Of a DNA stretch of 64,000 bases, positions 8,981-19,973 are shown piece after piece (position 1 is the first letter of the stretch; each line of letters begins with the position of its first letter). Under the pieces are notes generated by a model. That model searched no databases. It was not told the DNA's origin and saw nothing but the letters and a program-made list of their open reading frames with translations. Made by a program: the position numbers and the translations under genes. Source of the stretch: Thermodesulfobium acidiphilum (GTDB lineage: Bacteria > Thermodesulfobiota > Thermodesulfobiia > Thermodesulfobiales > Thermodesulfobiaceae); assembly GCF_003057965.1 (NCBI RefSeq), contig NZ_CP020921.1:1476916-1540915 (forward strand). Reading direction: 5' to 3'.

Positions 8981-10576
8981 TTGTCAAAGAGTGCTTATTT
9001 TGGAGAAATTAAATTAAGCGAAGACACAATTTTAGCTTTAAAGGAGATGGGTTTTGAAGAACCATCCGAGATCCAAAAACAAACAATACCAATTGTAATG
9101 CAGGGATTTGATGTAATAGGCCAGGCTCAAACTGGAACTGGTAAAACTGCAGCATTTGGAATTCCAATAGCTGAAAAAACAACAAAGGATAGAATTCCTC
9201 AATCACTGGTATTAACTCCTACAAGGGAACTTGCAATACAGGTTGCCGAAGAAGTATCTAAAATCTCAAAATATAAAGGACTTAGAGTAGTTCCCATTTA
9301 CGGTGGACAATCTATTGAAAGACAGATAAAAGCTCTAAAAAATGGAGCTCAAGTAATAATAGGTACGCCTGGAAGGTTAATTGATCACATTAAGAGAGGA
9401 ACATTATTTTTGTCCCAAATTTCAATGCTTGTACTTGATGAAGCTGATGAAATGCTTGATATGGGTTTTATTGAAGATATAGAAACAATTTTGAAATCGA
9501 TTAAAAACGAAAACAAACAGACTCTCCTATTTTCAGCAACTATGCCAGATCCAATCATGGCACTTACCAAAAAATATATGAAAAATCCAAAAGTTGTCTC
9601 AATAAGCAAAGAGCAACTTACAGTACCTTTGACAGATCAGTTTTATTGTGAGGCCAAAGATAAACTTGAAGCCCTTTGTCGTATATTAGAAACAGAAGAT
9701 ATGGACAAAACAATTATATTTTGTAGAACAAAAAAGGGCGTAGATGAATTAGTTGCTTCATTAAATACAAGGGGATACAGCGCCGAAGGTCTACACGGTG
9801 ATTTGACGCAAGCACAGAGAGATAAAGTAATGAGATCATTTAGAGAGAAAAAATTAGAAGTTCTTGTGGCAACAGACGTAGCGGCAAGAGGGCTTGATAT
9901 TTCTGACGTTAGCCATGTAATTAATTTTGATATACCTCAAGACCCAGAATCGTACGTTCACAGAATCGGGAGAACAGGGAGAGCAGGTAAATCGGGTATA
10001 GCTATTACTTTTATAACCCCCAGGGAGTTTAGACAATTAAGATTGATTGAAAAAGTTATTAGAACGACTATCAAGAGAAAGGAGGTCCCAAGCATTTCAG
10101 ATCTTTTGGAAAAGCAAAAAGATGAATTGAAGAGTTTAATTTCTAAAATAATCAAACAGGAAAAAATATCGCATTACGTTTCAATAGTCGAAGAAATGAC
10201 TGAGGAATTTGAACCCGAAAGAATTGCGGCCGCAGCAATTAGGTTATACCAGGAAGGAGAACCAGAAGAAAAACTTGAGGTCGACAAAGAAAGGTTCAAA
10301 AAAACAGGAGCAAAAGAAGGTATGACAAGGCTTTTTATAAATATTGGCAAAGAGAAAAATATTTCGAAAGAAGACATTGTAAACTATATATGTGAAGAAG
10401 GAGATATGAAGAAGAAAGACATAAAAAATATAAGAATATTAGATAAATTTACTTTCCTAGAAGTGCCAGAAGAAGTATCAGAAAGAATAATTGCAGTATT
10501 GCACAAATCAGTTATAAAGGGACATAAAATCCATGCAGAGCCTGCAAGGCCTATAAGGAAAAATGAAAATTTTTAA
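8981..10576 (+). CDS. DEAD-box RNA helicase (CshA/DeaD type) with a C-terminal DbpA RNA-binding domain
   Basis: AQTGTGKT, PTRELA, LDEAD, SAT and HRIGRTGRAG; C-terminal RLFINIG. Confidence 0.96.
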   Translation: MSKSAYFGEIKLSEDTILALKEMGFEEPSEIQKQTIPIVMQGFDVIGQAQTGTGKTAAFGIPIAEKTTKDRIPQSLVLTPTRELAIQVAEEVSKISKYKGLRVVPIYGGQSIERQIKALKNGAQVIIGTPGRLIDHIKRGTLFLSQISMLVLDEADEMLDMGFIEDIETILKSIKNENKQTLLFSATMPDPIMALTKKYMKNPKVVSISKEQLTVPLTDQFYCEAKDKLEALCRILETEDMDKTIIFCRTKKGVDELVASLNTRGYSAEGLHGDLTQAQRDKVMRSFREKKLEVLVATDVAARGLDISDVSHVINFDIPQDPESYVHRIGRTGRAGKSGIAITFITPREFRQLRLIEKVIRTTIKRKEVPSISDLLEKQKDELKSLISKIIKQEKISHYVSIVEEMTEEFEPERIAAAAIRLYQEGEPEEKLEVDKERFKKTGAKEGMTRLFINIGKEKNISKEDIVNYICEEGDMKKKDIKNIRILDKFTFLEVPEEVSERIIAVLHKSVIKGHKIHAEPARPIRKNENF

Positions 10577-10746
10577 CAAGGAAACAATAAATTTTTGCCT
10601 CAAACCCACCATACTATTATAAGAAATTTACAAAAAAGTCTTAAAATAAGTAGTATAACTCTGATATCGTTAACTTTCGGTTGGCACATAAAGGTTTTAG
10701 AATAAGTTTTATAAATAAGACAACATAAAAACAAATTATTCAAAAC

Positions 10747-11226
10747 CTAATTTTTAGTTTTTCCTGGTAAAATTGCGTTTAAAAAATAAAACATATAATA
10801 CGAATTTACAACCACTATAAATGCCAGAATTACAAAAAATCCCCATTGAAACTGTACAACCATACTTTGTGCTCTTGCCACAATACCAACAGTAAATGAA
10901 AATACAAAATAAGATGCAAGCAGTACAACACTCAAAAAACCACAAACCACTTTGGATAATTTTTTTGCAGGTTTAACCAACCAAAAAAGAGTTCCAAAAG
11001 CAGCAGAAAAGTAGATAATCTCTGATATAAAACTAAGGTTAGTATTTTGAATTTTTATTATAGAAGCTATAGTAGAATTATTAGTTATATTGTTAAACGT
11101 AACGCTTTGAGTCAAAAGATTTTGCTCTGTTAAAAATTTACAAAATGGGAGAGAGCCCAAAAGAATGCCGATAAAAGAAAATAAAATAGCGGGTAGATAC
11201 AAAATTAATGCTTCTTTAAGTTTCAT
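10747..11226 (-). CDS. Hypothetical membrane protein (about 4 TM)
   Basis: ATG at 11226 follows AGGAGG. Hydrophobic segments, no recognised family. Confidence 0.7.
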   Translation of the reverse strand: MKLKEALILYLPAILFSFIGILLGSLPFCKFLTEQNLLTQSVTFNNITNNSTIASIIKIQNTNLSFISEIIYFSAAFGTLFWLVKPAKKLSKVVCGFLSVVLLASYFVFSFTVGIVARAQSMVVQFQWGFFVILAFIVVVNSYYMFYFLNAILPGKTKN

Positions 11227-11280
11227 TTTACCTCCTAATTTGTTTGCTTTAAACAATAAATATATCAAATTATACCTGAA

Positions 11281-12522
11281 ATGAACAATAAAAAAGTTAT
11301 ATTTCCAGGTAAAAATAGCCCTGAAGTTAAATTTATTGTCGAGCTTGGTAAAGCTTTCCACAAATGCGGCTTTTCCTCATATGCTCTCGAAGAAAGGCTT
11401 ATGGAAGTAGCATCTAAATTTAATATTGCTTTGCAAGTATATTCTTCTCCAACAGGAATTTTTCTATCCTTTGAAGACCAGGATGCTTTTACTACAACCA
11501 TATTAAGAGTAGAACCAGGCATTCTTGATCTGGAGAAAATTGCATTGACCAATGAAATTTCAAATAGGGTTCTAGAAAATAAAATAACAGCAAAGGAAGG
11601 CGTCGAACTTTTGAAAAGGGTGATGTTAAAAGGCAATAGGTTTCCTTTCTGGGTCATTGTATTTTCATACTCTGCTGTTTCTGCGATGGTCTCAATCATT
11701 ATGGGTGGAGGATTAAAGGAACTTTTTGTGTCAAGTTTTCTTGGACTTATAACTGGAATTATTTTTGTAATTTCTAATAAATTGAACCTCACAAGGTTAT
11801 TAGAATTTGTCTGTGCAGCATCAGTCGGAGCACTTTCTAATATCTTGTATACAGCAATTGGTCCATATGATCAATCCATATCAATTATCTCCGGATTAAT
11901 AGTGCTCTTCCCTGGGCTTACTTTAGTATCTGGAATCGATGAAATTGCAAATAGAAATCTTGTATCGGGTACAACAAGGCTTAGCTCTGCAATCTTTGTA
12001 TTAATGTTTATAGTGTTTGGGGTGGCACTAGGAACAAATTTATTCTTTCCGCACGAAAATTTATATATACTTAATATAAAAAACTCAACTTTTCCATTAT
12101 CTCTCCAATACTTTGCAACCTTTTTAGCACCACTAACCTTTATTGCTATCCTTAATGCAAGGACAAAGGATGCTGCAGTAATGCTTGTTTCTTCTCTAAT
12201 TGCTCAAATAGGCCTTTATTTTGGGAATCAAATTACAAACAATCAGATTGGCATTTTTTTTGCATCCTTAGTGCTTGGAATTTTTTCCAATACCTGGGCA
12301 AGATTTAGCAAGGGCTCACAGTATATTCCTCTTATATCTGGACTGATTTTGCTTGTACCAGGTATAGTTGGATATCAAAGTCTTTCTTCGTTTTTATCAA
12401 AAGATATCAGCGAAGGCATCATGGCAGCTTTTAATATGAGTTTAAGGGCAATTGCATTAGTTACAGGACTGCTTTGCTCAAACTTTATGATTTCAGCTTA
12501 TAAACCTAAGAAACAAAATTAG
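11281..12522 (+). CDS. ThrE family threonine/serine exporter
   Basis: G.SSY.LEE.L, VYSSPTGI, L.PGL.L..GI.E, LVSGTTRL and LVPG..GY motifs. Confidence 0.88.
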   Translation: MNNKKVIFPGKNSPEVKFIVELGKAFHKCGFSSYALEERLMEVASKFNIALQVYSSPTGIFLSFEDQDAFTTTILRVEPGILDLEKIALTNEISNRVLENKITAKEGVELLKRVMLKGNRFPFWVIVFSYSAVSAMVSIIMGGGLKELFVSSFLGLITGIIFVISNKLNLTRLLEFVCAASVGALSNILYTAIGPYDQSISIISGLIVLFPGLTLVSGIDEIANRNLVSGTTRLSSAIFVLMFIVFGVALGTNLFFPHENLYILNIKNSTFPLSLQYFATFLAPLTFIAILNARTKDAAVMLVSSLIAQIGLYFGNQITNNQIGIFFASLVLGIFSNTWARFSKGSQYIPLISGLILLVPGIVGYQSLSSFLSKDISEGIMAAFNMSLRAIALVTGLLCSNFMISAYKPKKQN

Positions 12523-14105
12523 TTTCCCTTTATGAACTCATCTCCTAAAAAATTAAAACTCATATTTTGATCGTTTGATCCAAAATTTACTACTAGATCT
12601 CCAAAATCAATTAATTTAGCGCTATTATCAGAAACTGGCATCAAAACCAGGTTCATTTTTTCGCCCTCTGAATCGATATAATCAAGCATATAAAAACCTC
12701 TAAATTTTTTAATTTCAACATCTTTTATCAGGCTATTTTTATTAACACTTATCCATTTGCCCAACCTCTCTTTCCAGATATCGCTATATTTAGGTTCCTC
12801 AATTTCTCTCGCAAAAAGTATGTTTTGCCCAAAATTTAACAAATCAAGATATCTAACTCCATTAATATATGTAAATCTAAATCTTAAGTTCTTAACATAA
12901 TCATTATTATCCTCTAGTGGAATAAGACTAAAACTTGAATCGTTAAAAAATTTAACAAAGTAAAACTTTTTATTCATGTTACACATTAAATCTTTGTCAA
13001 CAACATGAAATTCAATAATTCCTTTCCTGTTTTCAAAAAAACCTTTATAAGAACTTAAAAAATCATTTTTATCTTCAATCTTTTTTAAAGATAGGTTGGA
13101 TCTATAATCAAAAACATCAAGATTGAGAAAGTCCTTTAGTGATATTTTTAACAGTTCCTTTGCTAGATAGTCTTTTTTATCAAAACTAATCGGAAAATTA
13201 GAAAGAAAAACAATAGCAAATCTCTTTTGAGGGATTACAAGCACAAAGGAACTCGTTGAATCGTCATACTGATAATACAAATTGTATTTATTATAAACGT
13301 TGTTTTCATCTACCAAAGTTATATTTTGAGAAATAAATGAGGGAGTAAAATATAAGTCTTGATCGTAGGGAGTATTTTCGAATCTTCTAAATATTTTTTC
13401 ATAATTTTTTTTATTTGTCATAATGCTTGATAAAAATTTGCCAATATTTTCTGGAGAGCTATAAAATCTACTTGAAATTGGAAATTCTTCACCCTTTTGA
13501 TTATCGTAAAAACCAGTATTATTTAGATCAAATTCTTTAAACAAATCGTCAAAGAAATCTTTAAAGCTAATTTTTTCAGATCTTTCAATAATTAAAAGCA
13601 ATATGTCACTCGAAATTTGAGATCTATTATATAATTCATCATATCTCAAGATATTTACATTTCTAACCAAAAAATTCAACAAATCCTCTGTAGAACTTAT
13701 TTTATAAGGATAACTGTAAGGAAGATAAGTGTGATCTTCTAATAAATCAGATATCTTGATATTATTTTGATACTTACCTTTTAATTCAGGCAAATATTTT
13801 AAAATTGAATCACCGAAACTTATTTTTCCAAATTCGTTAAGCTTTATTGCCCCCAGTCCAATAAATAATCTTAATAGACCACCAATGTCATACTTCTCAC
13901 TAAAATTGCCAAAACCTCTACCAAAATTTTTTGAAAAATATTTATCACCATAAGCTATATAAATTGAAGCTCTCCTGTCACCTTCAAAATTAACTGAACT
14001 ATCTACAACTTTGTTTAAATCATTATTAATATCTCTAAGATCCTTTGAAAGTGCTAAATTTTGAAAAATTAAGAAAAAAATTATAGCCAAAACTATTGCT
14101 TTCAT
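12519..14105 (-). CDS. Exported beta-lactamase/serine-hydrolase-fold protein, catalytically degenerate
   Basis: Signal peptide and G..D.I.KYLPEL...IKISDLL.DH..LP scaffold. The SxxK position reads GGLLR. Confidence 0.7.
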   Translation of the reverse strand: MKAIVLAIIFFLIFQNLALSKDLRDINNDLNKVVDSSVNFEGDRRASIYIAYGDKYFSKNFGRGFGNFSEKYDIGGLLRLFIGLGAIKLNEFGKISFGDSILKYLPELKGKYQNNIKISDLLEDHTYLPYSYPYKISSTEDLLNFLVRNVNILRYDELYNRSQISSDILLLIIERSEKISFKDFFDDLFKEFDLNNTGFYDNQKGEEFPISSRFYSSPENIGKFLSSIMTNKKNYEKIFRRFENTPYDQDLYFTPSFISQNITLVDENNVYNKYNLYYQYDDSTSSFVLVIPQKRFAIVFLSNFPISFDKKDYLAKELLKISLKDFLNLDVFDYRSNLSLKKIEDKNDFLSSYKGFFENRKGIIEFHVVDKDLMCNMNKKFYFVKFFNDSSFSLIPLEDNNDYVKNLRFRFTYINGVRYLDLLNFGQNILFAREIEEPKYSDIWKERLGKWISVNKNSLIKDVEIKKFRGFYMLDYIDSEGEKMNLVLMPVSDNSAKLIDFGDLVVNFGSNDQNMSFNFLGDEFIKGN

Positions 14106-14225
14106 TTTTCACTCCTTAAAGTAAAAAAATAATATATAATAATTTAGTAGTCATTTTATCATAATAATCATATGCTATTTTTGAATTTTCAATATTTTTT
14201 TTCAATATTTAAGGAGGATTAAACT

Positions 14226-15431
14226 TTGGAAGATTTCAAATTTGCAAGTGTAGAAGAAGCTCTCGATGATATAAAAAATTCTAAATTAATAATCATTACA
14301 GATGACGAAGATAGAGAGAACGAGGGCGATCTATTTATCCCTGCAGAAAAGGTAACACCAGAACACATTAACTTTATGGCAACTTATGGAAAGGGACTTA
14401 TATGTCTTCCTCTAACTGAAGAAAGGCTCAAACAACTGGATATAGAAATGCTTGAAAGTAATAACCCTGATCCCTTTTATACAGCTTTTGCAATGCCAAT
14501 TGATGCTAAAAACAATACAACCACTGGCATAAGTGCTTTTGACAGAGCACAAACCATCAGAAAAGCAATAGATCCTAATGCAAAACCTGATGACTTCGTT
14601 AAGCCTGGCCACGTCTTCCCACTCAAAGCCAGAAAGGGAGGTGTGGTCATCAGAGCAGGGCATACAGAAGCAGCAGTTGACCTTGCTAGCATGGCAGGAT
14701 TATTCCCAGCAGGGGTGATATGTGAAATTATGAAAGAAGATGGAACAATGGCAAGGATGCCAGATCTTATTGAATTTTCCAAAAAACACAATATAAAAAT
14801 TTTAACTATTGCAGATCTTATAAAATATAGATTACAAAGCGAAATATGGGTTCAGAGAATGGCTGAAGCAGATTTACCAACCAAATATGGTGACTTCAAA
14901 ATATACGCTTATAGATACTTAATGGACAAAAGCGAACACGTTGCTCTTGTAAAGGGTGACGTCAGAAACAAACAAAACGTTCTTGTAAGAGTTCATTCAG
15001 AGTGCCTTACAGGGGACGTTTTCGGATCTCTAAGATGCGATTGCGGTGACCAACTGCACACTGCTATGAAAATGATAAACGAAGAAGGATTAGGAGTGAT
15101 TCTCTATCTTAGGCAAGAAGGAAGAGGCATTGGTCTTGCTAATAAAATTAAAGCATATCACCTTCAAGACACCTGTCATTTAGATACAGTCGAAGCAAAT
15201 ATAAAGCTTGGTTTCCCTCCAGATCTAAGAGAATATGGAATGGGGGCAATGATGCTGAAGGACTTGGGCCTCTCAACTATAAGAATTCTTACTAATAACC
15301 CCAAAAAATTGCTTGGCATAAAGGGTTTTGGGCTTCAGATAACTGAAAGAGTACCTATAAAAATCGATCCTAATCCTTACAACAAAGACTATCTAAAGTG
15401 CAAAGTTGAAAAAATGGGACATATGTTTTAA
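14226..15431 (+). CDS. ribBA: Bifunctional DHBP synthase / GTP cyclohydrolase II
   Basis: [35 protein letters not shown] and QEGRGIGL. Confidence 0.98.
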   Translation: MEDFKFASVEEALDDIKNSKLIIITDDEDRENEGDLFIPAEKVTPEHINFMATYGKGLICLPLTEERLKQLDIEMLESNNPDPFYTAFAMPIDAKNNTTTGISAFDRAQTIRKAIDPNAKPDDFVKPGHVFPLKARKGGVVIRAGHTEAAVDLASMAGLFPAGVICEIMKEDGTMARMPDLIEFSKKHNIKILTIADLIKYRLQSEIWVQRMAEADLPTKYGDFKIYAYRYLMDKSEHVALVKGDVRNKQNVLVRVHSECLTGDVFGSLRCDCGDQLHTAMKMINEEGLGVILYLRQEGRGIGLANKIKAYHLQDTCHLDTVEANIKLGFPPDLREYGMGAMMLKDLGLSTIRILTNNPKKLLGIKGFGLQITERVPIKIDPNPYNKDYLKCKVEKMGHMF

Positions 15432-15469
15432 GTATGATCTTTTAAAAAATTTATTTTAGGAGGATATTA

Positions 15470-15943
15470 ATGCAAATATTCGAAGGAAAGCTTAGCGCTA
15501 AAGACCTTAAAATAGGCATTGTTGTGAGTAGATTTAATAGCATAGTTACTTCCAGACTCTTAGATGGTGCCCTTGACTGTCTCAATAGACATGAATGTCA
15601 GGATAAAAATATAAGCATATACTATGTGCCTGGCGCATGGGAAATCCCTCTTGCTCTAAAAAAATTATCCAAATCAGGAAAATTTGATGGCATTATAGCC
15701 CTTGGCGCTGTAATCAGGGGAGAGACTCCTCATTTTGACTATGTAGCTGCAGAAACGTCAAAGGGTGTTGCGTTAGTTTCACTTGAACAAGAAATTCCCA
15801 TATCATTTGGTATACTAACAACAGACACTATGGAACAAGCCTTTGACAGAGCTGGTGGAAAAGCTGGTAACAAAGGTTTTGATTGCGCATTATCTCTAAT
15901 TGAAACAATCCAGTTACTAAAGATCACAACCGTCAAAGAGTAA
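15470..15943 (+). CDS. ribH: 6,7-dimethyl-8-ribityllumazine synthase
   Basis: [27 protein letters not shown] and GNKG. Confidence 0.98.
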   Translation: MQIFEGKLSAKDLKIGIVVSRFNSIVTSRLLDGALDCLNRHECQDKNISIYYVPGAWEIPLALKKLSKSGKFDGIIALGAVIRGETPHFDYVAAETSKGVALVSLEQEIPISFGILTTDTMEQAFDRAGGKAGNKGFDCALSLIETIQLLKITTVKE

Positions 15944-15959
15944 GAAATTTTAATATTCT

Positions 15960-17963
15960 ATGTCTTTGAGGTCTATTAAGTTGACCAACCTCTTAAGGGA
16001 TCTCTTTTTAGACTCCATAGATGATATTATTTACTATTTTCCAAAAAGATATAAAGAAGTTACAGTCGTCAAATCTCATAATGACGTAGTAGCAGGTAAA
16101 AATCTTGCTTTCAAGGCACAAATAGGCATACCTGTTTATTATCCTGAAAGAAAGAGGCTAGTAAAAGTTAAACTAAATATTGAAGGGAAAGAAGCATTTG
16201 CTTGCTGGTTTAATCAACCATATAAAAAAAATCAAATCTTAAAATTAAGACCACATGCATATTTTGCTGGTGAAGCTGTTCTTAATAACAGAGAACTTGT
16301 CTTTTATCACCCCATTTTAAGTAAAGATCCCATTTACCTAAATTCTGGAATTTATCCTGAATATTGCCTAGAAACTAATGATAATGAAATTAGAAAAATT
16401 ATAAAAAACGTATTTGATGAAAAGAAAGAAATAAAGGAGACATTACCAGAATCTTTGATATATAAACTAAAATTAATGAAACTTAAAGATGCGTTATATA
16501 CCCTTCACTTTCCAAAAGATTTAAGAAGTTTGGAAAGCGCAAGAAAAAGAATTGCATTTGATGAGCTTTTACAATGGAAATTAACAATACTAACCGAAAA
16601 ACAAAAATTTAGCTCAAAAAGTGCGCCAATATTAAATCCGGAATCAAAGCTAGTAAAAAAATTCTTATCTTCACTACCATTTGCACTAACAGAAGATCAA
16701 AAAAGGGTTATTGACGAGATCTTTTCTGACGTAAGTAAAAATAAGCCAATGCAAAGACTTCTTCAGGGAGATGTAGGCTCAGGCAAAACTGTAATTGCTG
16801 TTAGTGCTCTACTGTGTGCTGTATCTTCGGGCTTTCAATCGGCATTTATGGTTCCATCAGAAATACTATCAAAGCAACATTATGAGAAACTACGTGAATG
16901 GCTTAAGCCCATGGGAGTAAAAATTTATCTTTTAACAGGTTCAACAAAAAAATCAGAAAGAAATTTAATAATAGAAGAAATAAATAAAGGAATACCATTG
17001 ATTCTTACAGGCACTCACGCACTTATCACTGAAGGTCTTGAATTAAAAAATCTTGGACTAGTAGTCATAGATGAACAACACAGGTTTGGAGTAAGACAAA
17101 GATTAAGTTTAATAGAAAAAGGTATATGTCCACATACCCTGGTTATGACAGCAACTCCAATACCGCGAACTTTAGCATCTATTTTTTATGCTGACCTGGA
17201 TTACTCTGAAATAAGAACTATGCCAGAAGGTCGAAAAGAAATAGTTACAAAAATAATCCACAAAAGCGATATTAAGAAACTTTACTCAATAATACGTGAA
17301 AATCTAAAAAAATATGATTCAAGAGTCTTTTATGTTTGTCCCTTAATTGAAGATTCTAATTCTCTAAAGCTAGAATCTGTAAAAAAAAGATATAAAGAAC
17401 TGGTAAATATTTTTCCAGAATTTGAAGTAGGACTCATACATGGAAAACTCAGTCAAAGTGAGCAAGACAAAATTATGCAAGACTTTAAGGCTGGTAAGAT
17501 CAAAATACTTGTCTCTACCACAGTTATCGAGGTAGGAATCGATATTCCTCAAGCAAACATTATGGTAATAGAAAATCCAGAAAGATTTGGTTTAGCCCAG
17601 TTACACCAACTTCGTGGGAGAATAGGAAGAGGTAATCTCAATTCAACTTGTTACTTGTTAGTGGATGAAGAATCGTACTCTTCCAGAAGAATACAAATTT
17701 TCGAGAAAGTAAAGAATGGATTCGAACTTGCCGAAAAGGATCTGGAACTAAGAGGTCAGGGTGAAATAATTGGTTCCAAGCAAAGTGGTATGGATGAGAC
17801 ATTAAAGGTTGCAAATCCCCTAAAGGATGCGGATATAATGAGAATAGCTCAAAAAGTTGCAGAGTTAATTATATCAAAAGACCCCGATCTAACTCGTTTT
17901 AAAGAGTTAAAATTAAAGATGGAAAAAACGTTTAAGGATAGAGAGGTAATAAAGGCAATTTGA
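15960..17963 (+). CDS. recG: ATP-dependent DNA helicase RecG
   Basis: RLLQGDVGSGKT, DEQHRFGV.QR, MTATPIPRTL and GLAQLHQLRGRIGRG. Confidence 0.97.
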   Translation: MSLRSIKLTNLLRDLFLDSIDDIIYYFPKRYKEVTVVKSHNDVVAGKNLAFKAQIGIPVYYPERKRLVKVKLNIEGKEAFACWFNQPYKKNQILKLRPHAYFAGEAVLNNRELVFYHPILSKDPIYLNSGIYPEYCLETNDNEIRKIIKNVFDEKKEIKETLPESLIYKLKLMKLKDALYTLHFPKDLRSLESARKRIAFDELLQWKLTILTEKQKFSSKSAPILNPESKLVKKFLSSLPFALTEDQKRVIDEIFSDVSKNKPMQRLLQGDVGSGKTVIAVSALLCAVSSGFQSAFMVPSEILSKQHYEKLREWLKPMGVKIYLLTGSTKKSERNLIIEEINKGIPLILTGTHALITEGLELKNLGLVVIDEQHRFGVRQRLSLIEKGICPHTLVMTATPIPRTLASIFYADLDYSEIRTMPEGRKEIVTKIIHKSDIKKLYSIIRENLKKYDSRVFYVCPLIEDSNSLKLESVKKRYKELVNIFPEFEVGLIHGKLSQSEQDKIMQDFKAGKIKILVSTTVIEVGIDIPQANIMVIENPERFGLAQLHQLRGRIGRGNLNSTCYLLVDEESYSSRRIQIFEKVKNGFELAEKDLELRGQGEIIGSKQSGMDETLKVANPLKDADIMRIAQKVAELIISKDPDLTRFKELKLKMEKTFKDREVIKAI

Positions 17964-18523
17964 AAACTATAATTATAGGCGGAGAATTTAAAAATAGGCC
18001 CCTAGTTAGCCCAAAAACTAATGAAGTAAGGCCACTTAGTTCCAGAGTTAGAAAGTCCCTAATGGATGTCCTTGGAAGTATGGTAATTGATTGCACACTT
18101 TTGGATCTCTTTGCTGGAATTGGCTCTGTTTCAATAGAATTTCTCTCACGAGGGGCTAAAAGTGTAGTTAGTGTTGAGAAAAATCCAAAAATTGCAAATT
18201 TTCTCAAAAAAAACCTTGAAAATTTTAATTTACTCAATAGATGTACAATACTAAATTATTCGGCAGAAAAATTTTTGCTTAATTGTCATGATATAAAATT
18301 TGATATAATCTATATGGATCCGCCTTTTTCTTATGATTTAGAAACACTTTTACAAATTTTTTCTAATTTTAAAGGTTATCACAAAAAATCAGTATTTATT
18401 TTGCATCATTTTTTTAAAAATAAACCAAAGGAGAAGTTAGGTTATTGGAAAATGTTAGATTCAAGAACTTATTCAAGCAATACAATTACTTTTTATGTGC
18501 CAGAAGATTATTTAGATGATTAA
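17960..18523 (+). CDS. rsmD: 16S rRNA m2G966 methyltransferase
   Basis: LDLFAGIGS...E.LSRGA and DPPF motifs; conserved recG-rsmD-coaD order. Confidence 0.92.
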   Translation: MKTIIIGGEFKNRPLVSPKTNEVRPLSSRVRKSLMDVLGSMVIDCTLLDLFAGIGSVSIEFLSRGAKSVVSVEKNPKIANFLKKNLENFNLLNRCTILNYSAEKFLLNCHDIKFDIIYMDPPFSYDLETLLQIFSNFKGYHKKSVFILHHFFKNKPKEKLGYWKMLDSRTYSSNTITFYVPEDYLDD

Positions 18524-19022
18524 AAAAGCTTTATATCCAGGCAGTTTTGATCCGATAACTTTAGGTCACTTAGATATTGCGAGAAGAGCATCCCATCTTT
18601 TTGACGAAATAATCATTGCAGTAGCATATAATGAAAAGAAAAAAGCTTTATTTAACATAGAAGAAAGAGTAAATCTTATAAAGGAGTCACTCAAAGAAAG
18701 AAATATGCCAAACAACGTATACGTAACTAGTTACACATGCTTAACAATTGAATTTGCAAAATCATTAAATGTTAGTTCGATAATAAGAGGTTTAAGAGTA
18801 ATTTCTGATTTTGAATTTGAATTCCAGATGGCTCTTACCAATAGAAGAATGGATCCAAGGATAGAAACGGTTTTTTTAATGACACACGAAGATTATTCAT
18901 ATATTAGTTCTACAATAATAAAAGAAATTGCTTCTTTAAATGGTAATGTAACTCCCTGGGTAACAGACGTTGTAAAAAATGCGCTAAATGAAAAACTATT
19001 TGGAAAAGAGGGGAAAAAATGA
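18516..19022 (+). CDS. coaD: Phosphopantetheine adenylyltransferase
   Basis: YPGSFDPITLGHLDI, IRGLR..SDFEFE.QMA and ISS. Confidence 0.98.
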   Translation: MIKKALYPGSFDPITLGHLDIARRASHLFDEIIIAVAYNEKKKALFNIEERVNLIKESLKERNMPNNVYVTSYTCLTIEFAKSLNVSSIIRGLRVISDFEFEFQMALTNRRMDPRIETVFLMTHEDYSYISSTIIKEIASLNGNVTPWVTDVVKNALNEKLFGKEGKK

Positions 19023-19471
19023 GTCAAACTTTTTTAAAATTCATAGAAGACCTTGAACTTCTAGTAATGAGTTCTCCAAAAATTCCGCTTACAAATATGG
19101 TATTTGTAAATGAGCAAGAGATATTTAGAATTATAGATTCAATCAGAATGAATATTCCACAGGAAATAGTTGATGCTCAAAGATTTTTACAAGAAAAAGA
19201 AAATATAATAAACGAAGCCCAGAAAAAAGCTGATGAAATAATTCTCAATGCAGACCTAAAAGCCAAACAAAAATTAGATGAAAACGACTTAATTATAAGG
19301 GCAAGAGAAGAGTCAGAGAAAATTAAAAATGAGGCAAGAGCCGAAGCAAATAGACTTATGAAAGAGGCAAGAGATTACTCAGAAAACGTTTTACAAAAAC
19401 TTGAGATAGAAATAGATAAGCTTTTGACTTCAATCAGAAAGGGCAAGGAAATATTAAGGTCTAAAGATTAG
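19019..19471 (+). CDS. Conserved coiled-coil protein typically found downstream of coaD
   Basis: LE.LV....KIPLT..V.V pattern followed by a helical EA..I..A repeat region. Confidence 0.75.
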   Translation: MSQTFLKFIEDLELLVMSSPKIPLTNMVFVNEQEIFRIIDSIRMNIPQEIVDAQRFLQEKENIINEAQKKADEIILNADLKAKQKLDENDLIIRAREESEKIKNEARAEANRLMKEARDYSENVLQKLEIEIDKLLTSIRKGKEILRSKD

Positions 19472-19484
19472 TATATTTTTCTTA

Positions 19485-19919
19485 TTACTTTTCAATCTCC
19501 AATAAATTCATTGGAACAATTATTGCAGGAATTCCAGCTCTAAAAAACATATTTTGTGAAAATTCTCTTATAAATGGCCAAACAGCCTTTATAGAAGCTT
19601 CAATAACCATGTTATCTTTTTCTTTTGTTTTTCTATTCTCAGTTATCACTAGAAAATAAGTTGCTGAAAATTCAAGCCAGGGCTTTTTTCTTCTGCTACT
19701 TCCCTCTTCTATATTTTCATCTAGTTCAGTACCTCTGATGTTTGTAACAATTTCTACTTCATGTGTCCTGTCTACTGTATTTTTTATAGAAGGCTTTATA
19801 TCTACAGATATTGAACTTTCTGGGGAATGAAGCGGCTTCATCTTGAAAGTACAATTTATAAGCGATAAGGCTTCTAATTTATATTCATTGTTTATAATTT
19901 TACTATCTCTTTTTTTCAT
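19485..19919 (-). CDS. SecB-like chaperone family protein
   Basis: C-terminal VWPFIREF.....RAGIPAII.P resembles the SecB signature; AGGAG RBS. Confidence 0.6.
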   Translation of the reverse strand: MKKRDSKIINNEYKLEALSLINCTFKMKPLHSPESSISVDIKPSIKNTVDRTHEVEIVTNIRGTELDENIEEGSSRRKKPWLEFSATYFLVITENRKTKEKDNMVIEASIKAVWPFIREFSQNMFFRAGIPAIIVPMNLLEIEK

Positions 19920-19973
19920 AATTTCCTCCTAGCTAACTCAGTAAATATATTATAACAGCTTTAGAAGATAAAA

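Noticed and set aside
10577-10746. Possible small RNA, small ORF or sigma54 site (TTGGCAC) between the helicase and the membrane protein
   Set aside because: No TTGC -12 element at the right spacing, only a weak hairpin, and no RBS for the short minus-strand frame.
14106-14225. FMN riboswitch upstream of ribBA
   Set aside because: The region is short and very AT-rich, with no RFN conserved blocks.
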